A DNA stretch of 64,000 bases from Eledone cirrhosa (lineage: Eukaryota): positions 285,696,001-285,760,000 of the forward strand of contig OZ024740.1 in the NCBI GenBank assembly GCA_964016885.1, read 5' to 3'. Below are positions 11,764 to 25,860 of this stretch, in pieces. Numbering within the stretch: the first letter of the stretch is position 1; every line of letters starts with the position of its first letter. The translations under genes were made by a program, and so were the position numbers. The notes under the pieces were generated by a model. The model searched no databases. It saw nothing but the letters and a program-made list of their open reading frames with translations, and had not been told where the DNA came from.

Positions 11764-13983
11764 CATCATCATCATCACCGTTTTACGTCCGTTCTTCCAC
11801 GCTAGCATGGGTTAGATGGGTTGTCCTGTTGTGGGCAGTGTCTGGTCGGCTGACCATGCCTTGCTCATACAGGAACTGATTTGGCTTGATTTCTACAGAT
11901 GGATGCCCTTCCTAACACCAACCTCATTTACAGTGAGTGCTGGGTGCTTTTTCGTGGCGCCTACATGTCCACTTTACAGTGTGGGCTGGGTGCTTTTTTG
12001 CCGTGGCACCTCCACGACCACCTTGCAGTGGGAGGGTGTGGGGGCATATTGTCTATATGCTTCAGCTTGTACCAATGGGAGGTCGGGTACTCTGTATTAC
12101 TGCATGACGCCAGAGGTCACGGTCGTGTGTCATTGCCTTTGAGAGGTGTAATTGGGTAAGGTCGGCTGTTATCACCTCATCCCAGGTGTTCTTGGGTCTC
12201 CCCACTCCGCAGTTTCCATTGACTTCTAGTGCTCTGCACCTTTTTATGCAGCTATCATCCTTCATACACATCACATGTCCATACCAGCGTAACCGCCTCT
12301 CCTGCACACAGCATTTTATTCCTCTTATGCTCAGTCTCTCTCTTAATTCATTTATGCTTTATCGTTCGCGTATATTACTATTACACATCCATCGGAGCAT
12401 GCAGGCTTCGTTTCTCTCTAATCAGCGCCCAGGTCTCACTACCATGTAACATTGCTGTTCGGATACACGCATCATACAGTCTGCCTTTCATTCTGAGGGA
12501 GAAGCCTTTTGCAGCTAGCAGTGGCAGTAGTTCCCTGAACTTCTTCCATCCTATTCTTACCCTAGTTATTGTACTTTCTGAACACCCACCTCTGCTGCTA
12601 ATTCGGTCACCTAGGTAGCAGAAGCTGTCTACTGTCTCTACAGAGCCCTCCCAGAGATTGATGGTACTTGTGTCCTGTGGCTGTTTGCTGTTTGCTGTCC
12701 CAGCACAGCTGCTGCATGTGAAGCCTACATTCTTAATTAAGCTTCCTGAGATCCCGCTACATCTCTTGTGTACCCATTGTTTGCATTTGGGGCAGAGAAT
12801 GGAGTTCCTACCTACACCTTTCCTATATACTGAGCAAGGCCATTTCCCTGAGGTGATCTGGGTTCTGTTTTCTCGTCTACTTACAAGGATCTTAGTCTTT
12901 GTCATGTTGACTTTGAGACCCTTTCTTTCTAGTCCCTGCTTACAAGTTTGGAATTTCTTCTCTAGTTCTACCATAGATTCAGCTATAAGTGCGAGGTCAT
13001 CAGTATACAGGAGTTCCCATGGGCATCCGGTCTTAAACTCCTCCGTTATTGCCTGCAGGACTATGATGAACAGGAGAGGGCTAAGAACAGAGCCCTGGTG
13101 GACACCAACCTGTACGCTAAATTCCTCGCTATACTCATTGCTAATCCTAACTTTGCTGACTGCTCCCCTATACATGGCTTGTACAGCTTTCACAAGCCAT
13201 TCATCTACTCCTAGTTTTCTAAGAGCCCACCAGATTACAGCACGTGGAACTCTGTCAAAGGCTTTCTCGAGATCAACGAATGCCAGGTAGAGTGGCTTAC
13301 TTTTAGCTAGGTACTTTTCCTGTAACTGCCTCACAAGGAAGAGGGCATCAGTGGTGCCTCTTCCTGGTACAAACCCAAATTGCATCTCATCTAGTTTCAC
13401 CCGGTCCCTAATCAACTGTGCTATAACTCTTTCTGTTACTTTCATGACCTGGTCCATCAGCTTTATACCTCTATAGTTTCCTCTATCGAGTGCATCACCT
13501 TTACCTTTGTAGCAGTTGACAATGATGCTACTGCACCAATCTTTTGGTATGACACCTTCTAGTATTACCTGGTTAACAATATGTGTGGTTATAGTGTGAC
13601 CTACAGACCCAGATGCCTTCAGCATCTCGGCAGCTATACCCGATGGACCGGTTGCCTTCCCCATCTTCATATCTTTGATTGCCTTACTTACTATGCTGCT
13701 GCTGACTTGTACTGCTGGCCCCTCTATAGGGTCTACTTGGGGTAGGGTCTCTTCTTCCCATGCATTCTCCTCATTTAGAAATCTATCATAATGACTCTTC
13801 CATGCATCTTTCTTCTCAGCACTTGTGAGGGCAAGCTCACCTTTATCATTCTGGATACACTTCTCTCCAATGACATCACAATTCTCTCTGACACACTGCC
13901 TCGCAATCTTGAACACCTCCTGTTTCTGGTCCTCACGTTGCAAAACATGCTTGAATTTTCTATCCTCTGCTTCCCTCCTAGCT
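11764..13983 (-). mobile_element. 5'-truncated RTE-clade LINE (RT domain, C-terminus, 3' UTR, (GAT)n tail)
   Basis: ORF 12381-13943 has non-LTR RT motifs (KGKGD..NYRGI, QFGF.PGRGT, AFVDLEKAFDRV, GVHQGSVLSPLLF, YTDD, YLG). The RTE C-terminus RRLRWYGHV..GRP..TW is in ORF 12062-12307. Ends in gatgatgatg; possible 7-bp TSD TGATATT at 11757-11763 and 13984-13990. Confidence 0.95.
12062..13983 (-). pseudogene. Disrupted RTE reverse transcriptase ORF
   Basis: About 20 nt deleted near 12422 relative to the related copy at 60470 (ETWAL|CAEDIRR|LERNE), causing a frameshift. YADD appears as YTDD at 12996-13007. Endonuclease domain missing through 5' truncation. Confidence 0.88.
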
Positions 13984-16159
13984 TGATATTATATATTAGA
14001 TTTTTATTTGCTGTGTTTATCCTGGTTTTTAGAATAGGTATATTGTGTCCCTGCATGTTGTAAGGGACAACTAAAAATGTTGGTGTCAGGAAAGGCACCT
14101 GGCTGTAAAACATTGCCTCAAAACATCCTAGCCAACCCATGCCAACATAGATAAGTGGGTGTAAAAACGATGATGATGATGTTTAATAGACACTCAATAA
14201 TAAAAGTAGATGCTAAGTATTTCACTTAATCATTTATTTTACAAGCCCATCATTATTTCATGTAACATATTATTAAGTAGATGATGTGAGATGATGTAGT
14301 TAGAGAAACTATAAAGTGCTGGATTAAATAATCTATAAGTATTTATTTTCTTGCTGATGTTGATGTTTCTTTTTATACTACTCTAAAGTTAACAAAATAG
14401 GTACCAGGTATTTACTGTGATTGATTCAAGCTACTATAAACTCCCCTTACAAAACACCTGCTCTTTTCATAATTTAACTTTTAACCCTTTTGATAACAAC
14501 TTACCCAAAACCACTTCTGGATCTATGACACAAAGCCACCCATTTTAAAAGGTTCTTATTTAAATTAAATTTTTCAACCAACACAATTTGATTTAAGAAG
14601 CTTTTGTTGAGTTACTTTACAAATACCATCTTAATAATGAAATAATTAATAGTTTTAGTACATCCTTAAATATTCTTAATTAATTGAAATATAGTGTATG
14701 CCATTAGAAATATGGTAATAGAAAGGTTATCATCCTGTTACAATTCAGCAGGAAATACTAAAACGGATTTGTTAATTCAAAAGTTTATAGTGTCTTTACT
14801 ATGGTGTTAAGAGTTAAGAAACTGATTCACTCAGCATTTACTTATCATTTACAAATGTTTGGGGGTGGATGTTGAAGATAATACTTAAAAGTAAGTGGGA
14901 TTTGTATTTATTTGTTGCTTGTGATAGAGGGGAAAGACAGTGCCCATAATCCTTTTCAGGGCTTCCAAGGTTGGTGAGAGAGAGGAAGGTATCCTCAAAC
15001 CAGAGACATGCTTCAAATGCTTGCTATCAAGTGAACTCAAGGCAACTTAAAGGCCATGTGGTGTTGTTAAATTAAACAATGGATTGAGTGTGTCACTCAA
15101 ATATTTCATTCTCATACTGGGAATCAAACCTAGGCCACTTGGGTGAAAACTAGGAATCCTCACCACTGATTTGTATAAAAACACCTAACAAAGTTGTAGG
15201 CCTGAATTGGAAAATAACTTAAAACTAATTTAATTGTTTATTATTGTATATTATGGACAGCAAATTGGCAGAGATAATAGTGTTGGATTAAATGCCTCAG
15301 TATTTGTTTTGGCTCTGTGCACTCTGAGTTTGAATCCTGTTGAGGTTGACTTTGCCTTTCAAAAATTCAGGGTGGGTAAATAAAGTACCAGTCAGATGGA
15401 CTGCTTTCCAGTATCTAATCCATCTTTGTTGAGTTCAAATTCCACTTCTTTCTGCCAGAATTTGCTATTGGCAGATATTATCAGCAATGGAAAGAAGATC
15501 AATGGAAACAGTTTCCTGAGTCTCCTGTTGTTGTACATCTTTTAAAGAGAAAAAGAGGAAAATATTTTGATATGCCATGGACTGATAATTATACATAGAC
15601 ATTAAATGGCTTGTGCATGACATATTGTTGAGCCATACATAAAATGAGGTGACCACCTGTTGCTTGAATTATTAGTTTATTGATTAAATATCCACTTTGT
15701 TGAATCAATTGATTATTTTGTTATGGCTTCTTGACATTTATCATTTTGCTGTTGTTTTTGTTATTTCTTTTCATTCAAAGTGAATTTTTTTTTGTTTTTA
15801 ATCTGATGCAGAAATCAAACACTTGTATCTCTAGACTATTTTTTAATATTTGGATATCTTTCTCAGAAAATGAAGGGAATAGAGTCTGTGGCAGGGTTTA
15901 TTTTAAGGGAATTTTAGAACTACACAAATCTTTGAAGCAAGTGCTATACCTCAGTGTTTGATATTCTCTCAGTTTGAGAAGCATTTGTAATGGCAATTTT
16001 TAACAATTTATGGCAATTTTAAGTCTTTTAACCATCATTTACCATTTAAGCACATGTAGTCGTTGACACAAAATGTAAATTTATTGTACAGTATTAAATT
16101 TGGAACTGCAAAAGCAGGGGTCAGCTGTACATAAAAAAAAATCACTGGTCAGTGAGGAA

Positions 16160-16420
16160 TGTTGTGAAGAGAAATGGTTGGGTCAAATGTTGAGGAAGGA
16201 TGAAAGTGACTGAGGAAGAGGAATCATGAAAATGAATACAGAAGGAACTAGAGGAAGAGGAAAACCAAAAAAAGACATGGTTAAATATGATGGAGGAGGA
16301 AATGAAAGCCAGGGTGTTGGTGAGTGGGATTGCAGATGATAGTGCAAAATAGAGAAGCCTGTCATGGAGCCTGCAATGGTAACCCCTGCCTTAACAGGGA
16401 AAATAGCCTTAAAATGTTTG
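16160..16420 (+). mobile_element. Old RTE C-terminal fragment
   Basis: WLGQMLRKDE..EGTRGRGKPKK remnant followed by a 3' tail-like segment. Confidence 0.55.
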
Positions 16421-17964
16421 TTGTTGTATCCATTTTAGACATTATTTAATTTGCTTGGCTATAAGAAATAGGAATCATTGTCATATTTACATTCACAACA
16501 CAATATTTGAATCTGCGACATTCTCACTACTAATGAAACTAAATAGCTGCTGATCTTCATATGAATTCTAAAGTAAAAAAAAGGAGGCTGTTTCCAGATT
16601 GAACTAAGGAAACTGTTTCCACTGGTCTTTGTATTGCTGCTGATACTCTCTACCAGGCACACCTACTGTATAAAAGAAAATAAGCCAGTCACCAGATTGG
16701 ACCAAGGAAACTGTTTCCATTGGTCTTTGCATTGCTGATACTATCTGCCAATCACAACTCCTGTATCAAAGGAAAGCAGCTGGTCACCAGAGCAGATCAA
16801 GGAAACTCAGGTTCCAATGGTCTTTCCAATGCTAATATTGACAGTCTCAGTTGACAGGATAATCACTGTTTACCTGGTGATAAGTGGTGGGGTTTTAACT
16901 CAGATCTCGCAGAGTCAGATAGATATGGCAAAGTATCCTGTCCAACTATTTATTAATTCTGCCTATCCACTAGCAATTTATTGGTACTTTATCAATAATT
17001 TTTTGTTAAACCTGAAAGTATGAAAGCCAAAGTTGAACTCATCATGATTTGAACTCGGGGATGCTTAGCACCAGAACACACCAAAGCATCTAATCTGATA
17101 CTCTAACAACTCTGCCAATTCATTGCCTTCCCATAGAAAAATCAACAATAACAATATAAAACCAAAAAAAAACACAAGCATGACTGTGTTGTTTAGTTCA
17201 CATTGAAACCACATGGTTTGGGATTCAGTCCCACTACATGACACCTTGTACAATTGTCTTCTGCTATAGCTTCAGGTTGATCAATGCTTGTAAGTAAATT
17301 TTGATAGACAAAATCTGTACAAAAGCCTGTGTGTGTAAGCATGTGTGTGTGCCTGTGTGTGTAAGCATGTGTGTGTCTGTGTGTGTAAGCATGTATGTGT
17401 CTGTAAGTGTGTCTGTTTATATCCCTTTATTTTGCGATTCAACCAAAAGAGATTGATAAAAATAGTACCAAAACTTGAAAATAATAAGTCCTAGAGTTGA
17501 AATGATTGACTAAATCTTTTCAAAGCGGTACTCCAGCATGACCATAATCTAATGACTGAAATTAGAAAAAGAGTAAAAGAATAAGAAAATATAAAAAAAA
17601 AAATACCTTAACTATAAACTGAAATAAAATCGAAATCCAAATGTACCAATTCCCTAAACTGCTTGGTGTCGGTTACAACGGAATTAAAAGACTCTTCCGA
17701 GAAACACTTAAAGCTAGTTAAAGACTATAATGTATGTGGTTTGATTGCATGAATAGCAGAGGGTTTAATGACCCGATCTTACTTAATTAGGTAAAACTTG
17801 ACACTGACAGTTTGTAATTTGACAAAGATCAGCCTGTCATTTGAGCTGTTGTTTCAAATGGCAGTTCTGTGAAGTACTTTGTAGGAAGTGGCTGACTAAT
17901 CAAGTTAAAAATCATCCCCATGGAACATGTGTACCAGTTACTTTGGTGACATACACACGTATAC

Positions 17965-18800
17965 ACTACAGACATATACATATATGCATTACAAGCATAT
18001 ACATATGTGCATTACAGACATATACATATATGCATTACAAACATGTACATATGTGCATTACAGACATATACATATATGCATTACAAACATATACATATGT
18101 GCATTATAAACATGTACATATGTGCATTACAGACATATACATATATGCATTACAAACATGTACATATATGCATTACAAACATGTACATATGTGCATTACA
18201 GACATATACATATATGCATTACAGACATATACATATATGCATTACAAACATGTACATATATGCATTACAAACATGTACATATATGCATTACAGACATATA
18301 CATATATGCATTACAAACATGTACATATATGCATTACAGACATATACATATATGCATTACAGACATATACATATGTGCATTATAAACATATACATATGTG
18401 CATTATAAACATGTACATATGTGCATTATAAACATATACATATGTGCATTACAGACATATACATATGTGCATTACAAACATATACATATGTACATTATAA
18501 ACATATACATATATGCATTACAGACATATACATATATGCATTACAGACATATACATATGTGCATTATAAACATATACATATGTGCATTACAGACATATAC
18601 ATATGTGCATTACAAACATATACATATGTGCATTATAAACATATACATATGTGCATTACAGACATATACATATGTGCATTATAAACATAGACATATGTGC
18701 ATTACAAACATGTACATATGTGCATTACAGACATATACATATACAACATACAAACATATACATATGTGCATTACAGACATGTACATATACAACATACAAA
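17965..18800 (+). repeat. 23-bp minisatellite, about 36 copies
   Basis: Unit GCATTAYARACATRTACATATRT; period read from 18009/18032/18055. Confidence 0.95.
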
Positions 18801-18925
18801 CACATCCTGCCATATACACATGCATTAGAAACTTATATGTATGTAGCATACAAACACATCCAGGTATACACACACATGCATTACAAACATAATATACAAG
18901 ATGCATTACAAATATATATATGTAT

Positions 18926-19263
18926 GGAGGCACATGGCTTAGTGGTTAGAGCATTGGCCTTGCAATCGAAAGGTTGTGAGTTCAATTCTCAGACCGGGTG
19001 ATGTGTTGTTTCCTTGAGCAAGACACTTTATTTCACATTGCTCCAGTTTACTCAGCTGTAGAAATGAGATGATAGGGACTGGGGTCCCTATCATTCCACT
19101 GTAAAGTGGTCGTGGAGGTGCCACGGCAAAAAAGCACCCAGCACTCACTGTAAATGAGGTTGGTGTTAGGAAGGGCATCCAGCTGTAGAAATGAAGCCAG
19201 AATCAGTTCCCGTCCTACCCTTGCAAGCAGGGAAAACGAAGGTAAAATGATGATGATGATGAT
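18926..19263 (+). mobile_element. tRNA-derived SINE with RTE-derived tail (family S2)
   Basis: A box TGGCTTAGTGG, B box GAGTTCAATTC, CORE-like GTTTCCTTGAGCAAGACACTT; 3' part matches the RTE 3' UTR; (GAT)n tail. Confidence 0.88.
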
Positions 19264-19760
19264 ATAACATAAAAAAAACACATCTAGAAATATAAACATT
19301 TGCATTACAAAGTTACAAGTATATAACTTACAAACACGTCCACAGACGCACACTTGATTTGGGTATATACTTAATTACCATCATACCATTTATACACACT
19401 TAATAAATATATTCACAAATGCAAGAAGCCATGATCACTCAGTAAAAATAGTACTAATTTTCTAGAAACACAATACAACAGTATATTGAGCTATATACAT
19501 GTACACTATCATGTATATGTACACGTGCAGACACACGCACACACACATTCACACACACACATGCACATATTTTTTAGACACAACTACATACATTAAAGTA
19601 TATACTGTGTTACATACAGCAAGAAAGCATACATCCATATAAACTCATATTCACAATCACACATAGCCATACACTTGTTGACATACACACATGCACACGC
19701 TATCATATGAAAAATACTCCTCCATACTTGTTGCTATGGTATTATTAGTGGTTATATATA

Positions 19761-19808
<48 letters not shown>

Positions 19809-19949
19809 TCTTTCTTGGGTAGTAGCCATTCTGGCTTGCTTTATTGTTATTGCTACTATTGTTAGTAGGGGTGGTAGTAGTAGTGGTCTGGTTAACGATG
19901 GGATGGTCAGTCTTATTTACTCTGAGTTAATAGTTTTTCTATCTTTTTT

Positions 19950-20004
19950 TTGTATATATATATATATATGTGTGTGTGTGTATATATGTGTGTGTGTGTA
20001 TATA

Positions 20005-20036
<32 letters not shown>

Positions 20037-20440
20037 TGTGTGTGTATATATGTGTGTATATATGTGTGTATATATGTGTGTATATATATGTGTGTGTATA
20101 TATATGTGTGTATATATATATGTGTGTATATATATATATGTGTGTGTATATATATGTGTGTGTATATATATGTGTGTATATATATATGTGTATATATATG
20201 TGTGTGTGTATATATGTGTATATATGTGTGTATATATGTGTGTATATATATGTGTGTATATATATATATGTGTGTGTATATATATGTGTGTGTATATATA
20301 TGTGTGTGTGTATATATATATGTGTGTATATATATATGTGTATATATATATATATGTGTGTGTATATATGTGTATGTATATATGTGTGTGTATATATATA
20401 TGTGTGTATGTATATGTGTGTATATATATATATATATGTA

Positions 20441-20483
<43 letters not shown>

Positions 20484-20492
20484 ATGTATATA

Positions 20493-20533
<41 letters not shown>

Positions 20534-21860
20534 ATGTATATATGTGTGTATATATGTGTATGTATATATGTGTGTATATATATATATATATATGTGTGTA
20601 TGTATATATGTATGTGTATATATATATATATATATATGTGTATGTATATATGTATGTGTATATATGTATATATATGTATATATGTGTGTGTATATATATA
20701 TATGTGTGTATGTATATATGTGTATGTATATGTGTGTATATATATATATATGTATATGTGTGTGTATATATATATGTGTATGTATATATGTGTGTATATA
20801 TATGTGTGGGACGAGCTGATAAATTCCGACCTCACACACTTACACCTCTCCAAGACAATGTCACTGGACCGAGACCTTTGGCGGTACTCAGTAATACAGA
20901 AGACCCGCCTTACCTAAATACAAAGTAAAACCTACTACAGTCAGTAGGCACCTCTAACAAAATACACCCCGTCCCACCACCCCCACCCCATCCACACCGC
21001 CCCTTTCAATGTAAAGTTATGTTGGTGCCACAACATCCAGGCCGAAACAAATGAGATCGTGTAGGTGTCACGACAAAAAACACACAGTCCACGCTGTAAT
21101 GTGGCCGTGCAGGCAACACGATAAAAACCTCCCAGACCCACACTGTAAATGTGGTTGGTGTTAGGAAGGGCATCCAACTGTAGAAAACCCGCCAGACAGT
21201 CCTATGCGAGCAATGACAACCACTCTTGCCTCTTGACAACCACTCTTGGGAAAACTGCCGTCCAAACCCATGCAAGCGTGGAACATGGACGTTAAACGAT
21301 GATGATGATGATGATGTATATGTGTGTATGTATATATGTGTGTGTATATATATATATATATGTATGTATGTATATATGTGTGTGTATATATATATATATA
21401 TATGTATGTATATATGTGTGTGTATATATATATATGTGTGTATGTATATATGTGTGTGTATATATATATATATATATGTGTGTATGTATATATGTGTGTG
21501 TATATATATATATATATGTATGTATGTATATATGTGTGTGTATATATGTGTGTGTATATATATATATATGTATGTATGTATGTATATATGTGTGTGTATA
21601 TATATATATATATGTGTGTATGTATATATGTGTGTGTATATATATATATATATGTATGTATGTATATATGTGTGTGTATATATATATATATATGTATGTA
21701 TGTATATATGTGTGTATATATATATATATATGTGTGTATGTATATATGTGTGTGTGTGTATATATATATATATATGTGTGTATGTATATATGTGTGTGTG
21801 AATATATATATATGTGTGTGTATATTTATATATTTATATATATATATATATATATGTAAA
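19950..21860. repeat. Compound (TA)n/(TG)n microsatellite field split by an RTE fragment
   Basis: Alternating purine-pyrimidine tracts at 19950-20806 and 21316-21860. Confidence 0.97.
20807..21315 (+). mobile_element. 5'-truncated RTE LINE 3' end, same subfamily as 60390-61311
   Basis: Near-identical to 60824-61311 ([24 protein letters not shown], 3' UTR, (GAT)n). Embedded in TA/TG microsatellite. Confidence 0.92.
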
Positions 21861-23305
21861 TATATATGCTTAAATATCTTAAATATGGACATAAACTCAC
21901 TATACACTTTCTAATGAAGAACCATGATTATGAATATTGTCACAGTCGTTGTTACTGTTGTAGTCCCCATCATTGTCATCATCATCATCATCATCATCAT
22001 CAAAACCACTACCGCCACCATCAGCATTATCGCCACCACCATCAGCATTATCACTACCACCACCGTCATCATTATTTTTCTGTTATTGACTGTCATGCAC
22101 AGTAATAGACATGCCATTCATATTAATTATTGGATTTGTGAAAATGATGGCATTGTTCCACCACCATTTTTAGTGTCTTTTATAACTAATAATATATAAT
22201 TGGGTGTCACTGCACTTCCCAGAAACACTGTTGTCGGATGTATGGTTTACACCCTCATCAACCCTTAAAATACTTGCAGTGTTAAGAAGACTCACTAAAG
22301 TCTTTCTCAAGCCTAGAGGTCCATAAGGTTAGACCTTATCCCAATTTCATATGGTGCTAAGTGACTGAGAGTATAAGTGTAGATTATCACAGTAGTCTGT
22401 GTAATCCACAAACTCTACCCGCTCAAACACTGGCCAAAAATACTGGGTTTTGCACAAGTTCATCAATCCATGTTAGTTAGCTACTGATCACCACACGGAA
22501 AGAGGCCCTGTCGTTTTGCCCTTCTGCTTATGTGACAGTTCTCCTCTTTCAATTTCCAGCATGCCACTCATAACCCCCACACACTTCTGATCTAAAGATG
22601 GCTTCACAGCATAGGACACCATTTTTTTGCAAAGCAACTCCCATCTGCTACTGGCAGTATTAATCTTTTCAGCTGTATGGGCTGAATCAATGTGAAAGGA
22701 AGTGCTGCGATAAAATTTACCTAGTACACTTTGTAATGTGGTAGCACTGCTGTCATGATAACATGTATTCAGTATTGTAGTTGGTGTTAGGAAGGGCATC
22801 CAGCTGTAGAAACCATGCCATAAATGGTTTCGTCAACCCATCTAGTCTGTGACCATGACATTTCCTGCATGGAAAGTGGACTTAAAATGATGATCAAAAT
22901 GGTGATGAAACTGCTGGTGTGATCCTAACTGATAAGATTGAGAGAAATGTGTTAGTATGTTTATAGAAATTTAAGAACAATAATAATTGGAAAATAAACG
23001 TGTGATGTGTCGCAATCATAGTAATTATCAAAAAGAGAAGACAATACCTGTGAGGCATGCTATTTTCTAGATATTCTTGCCAAACATTTAAAAATAAAAC
23101 ATCTCAAAGAAGATTCTATTTTAGTTCTAGTTTAATCTTGGAATCTTAACATTATCAGACAGAAACCGATAAAAGACAGAGACGTTTCTTGATTTTTTTT
23201 TTTTTATCTGATAAAGAATTTCTATCTCATAACACTGAAAATATTTTTATCAAACAAGATTATCTTAACCGTATAACACAGAACAGAGTTTGTGTGAGTA
23301 TGTGT

Positions 23306-23368
<63 letters not shown>

Positions 23369-24194
23369 AGAGAGAGAGACAGCGAGCGAGCTTGGCATGT
23401 AGATGTGGTTATTGCTTAAGCGTTCTTTGTTCAGGCAGATAAAAAAATCTATTTGGCTGCATGCATAATTTTTATTGAGTAAATATCAACAATTATGATT
23501 TGTTTTTGTGTTGGCAAAGACAGAATTTTCTGAATAAGAAATAGAAAAAAAAAAAAAAAATGAAAACATGTCACTGTAAATAACTATTCTGACTAATATG
23601 TCTGCTTTCATTTAATTATAAATAAAAGATGAGACATTGAAGGTGTTGTTTTTTTATAGTTTTGCTTTAAAAATAAATGAAAATAAAATCCTACATGATA
23701 CTTAAATGAATCTTTATCCCTTCCTTTTTTTTGGCTTGTTTTTTAATCAGTGATAATGTCTACCTATTTAGAAAGTTTGACTCTTGAATCTGTCAGATGC
23801 TTTTAAACTATTTAAAAACCTTTGATACCAACCCTGCCAAAACAAATAACTTTGATTTTATGAAACAAAACCACCCATTTGAAAGAGTTGTTATTTAAAT
23901 TAAAATCTTCTTGTATAATTTGACATGAGAACCTTTTGTTACAAATATCATCTTAATAATGAAATAATTAATAATTTTAGTAAATCTCTCCAAATTCTTC
24001 ATTAATTAAATGAAATACATCATATTTCATTTGAAATACAGTCATGAAAGTCTTGTACTAAGTAAAGTAAATGTCTTATTTATGCTACAAGTTAGGATTG
24101 GACTTGTGCTTTAGTTTTGGTGTTGTACAATTTAGTAGCTCAGTCATGCCGTTATTTTTCCACATAAAGCAGTGATTATTTTCTCATGGAACCC

Positions 24195-24423
24195 TTATCC
24201 CTTTAGCATTTACATTAGTCTATAATTATATTTTCTATATTTCATGGCAAAGGCTTTATTTCACACAATTATCTAACAAACCTACTAGATTTTGATGATG
24301 TTATTATCTATTTTGAGAACAATACCTTAATGTCAGTGTAAGTGGCTGGTTATGGCCGGTTTGAACAGAAAGAGGTGAGAGAATTCTGGCCAGATATGGC
24401 CAGTTTAAATGCTTAAGGGTTAA
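24195..24423 (+). mobile_element. piggyBac-like MITE A
   Basis: Collinear with 5445-5673. Confidence 0.82.
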
Positions 24424-25276
24424 ACAATTTTCCAAAATTTACAGAACCCATACATATATTTTACAGACAAACCTCACCACCCTAATTTTAATAAGACATT
24501 AAATGAATTTAAAAGAAAGTGTTTAAGAGAGAGTTTTTATTGATATTAAAAAAGGCAAATACCATAATGAATTTTCACACTTTTAGAGAAAGTGTTATAT
24601 TGTTTTAATCCAAATGAAAATAAAAATTATATCTTGTTACTCCTGGAGTCTAATACCTTGTAAACTTTGATTTGATTTGGTCAAGTTTTTTGGGAATGCA
24701 TAAGGAAAAGACATACAGACAGAGAGACAAAGAATTTTATATAGAGAGAGATAAGTAAGAAGCCGATTCTATGTCTAGAGCAAGAAAACAATGTTTCTAT
24801 TGGTCTTTCCATTGCTGATATTATCTGTTATTCATAGCTCCTGGCAGAAGGATCAACATGAAATACTTTATTTCATGTTGATCCAGGAAGTGCATCAACA
24901 ACCTTATGATTGTGAGTTCAATACCTTAACCACTTAGCAACATGCCTTCACAATTAATATAAAATATGGTCCTAAATAGTATGAAAAACAAATAAAATTA
25001 AATTAAGAAAATAGAGAAAGCAAGACGGATAGGATAGTATCTTGTTAAGAACTTTTAACCAAGAATCATAGTTAAGTGAAGGTATATGGCCTGGTGATTA
25101 GGGTATTGAACTCTTGATCATAAGGTGATGGATTCAAACTTTGGATCAAGTGATGCTTTGTGATCTTGAGTAAGACACTTCATTTCACATTTCTTTACAT
25201 AAGACTGGGGCTCGTCTTGTAAATACCACCAAGATCTCCTTAGAACTGCAACCATGCAGGAGGCCAGTTAAACCTG

Positions 25277-25570
25277 CATAGGTGTGAGCTGTAAATGACA
25301 TAGGTGTGAGCTGTAAATGACATAGGTGTGAGCTGTAAATGACATGTGTGAGCTGTAAATGACATAGGTGTGAGCTGTAAATTTCATAGGTGTGAGCTGT
25401 AAATGACATAGGTGTGAGCTGTAAATGACATAGGTGTGAGCTGTAAATTTCATAGGTGTGAGCTGTAAATTTCATAGGTGTGAGCTGTAAATTTCATAGG
25501 TGTGAGCTGTAAATTTCATAGGTGTGAGCTGTAAATGATATAAGTGTGAGCTGTAAATGACATAGGTGTA
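25277..25570 (+). repeat. 22-bp minisatellite, about 13 copies
   Basis: Unit CATAGGTGTGAGCTGTAAAT(GA/TT); arises within a SINE-like element (compare 56675-56730). Confidence 0.93.
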
Positions 25571-25659
25571 ACTTCTGACAATAACATTTAGTTTTCCAGA
25601 TAATCAATAATTATGAAAGGTTTAGTGAAGTAACTAATTTTTAATTTAATAAAAAGACT

Positions 25660-25860
25660 TACCATATATACTCAAATATAAACCAAGGAATATGTGACCA
25701 AAACATTGATGGTAAAAGTGTTGGGGGTGGGGGTCAGCTTATATTCGCCATCTAAATAATGTGTTGATTAGCTGTCTTGGCTTATAAATAGGGTTTGGAT
25801 TTTTGCCTATTTCTCAGACATAAAATGGGGAGCTCGGCTTATATTTGAGTATATATGGTA
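25660..25860. mobile_element. pogo/Tigger-like MITE
   Basis: TACCATATATACTCAAATATAA...TTATATTTGAGTATATATGGTA; further copies at 40690-40880 and about 52345-52521. Confidence 0.75.

Noticed and set aside
12658-13290. 210-aa plus-strand ORF (also 60013-60654 minus)
   Set aside because: Antisense shadows of RTE coding sequence.
11764-13983. Active autonomous LINE
   Set aside because: No endonuclease, a frameshifting deletion and an altered YADD motif.
17841-19001. Overlapping ORFs with MHYKHIH repeats
   Set aside because: Translations of the 23-bp minisatellite.
18926-19005. tRNA gene
   Set aside because: A and B boxes are present but continue into SINE body and tail; these are multi-copy SINE heads with no clean cloverleaf.
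19903-21914. Long ORFs of 186-341 aa (YIYVCV/HTYI-rich)
   Set aside because: Translations of TA/TG microsatellites that lack stops by composition. Only the WDELINSD.. tail is real, and it is RTE-derived.
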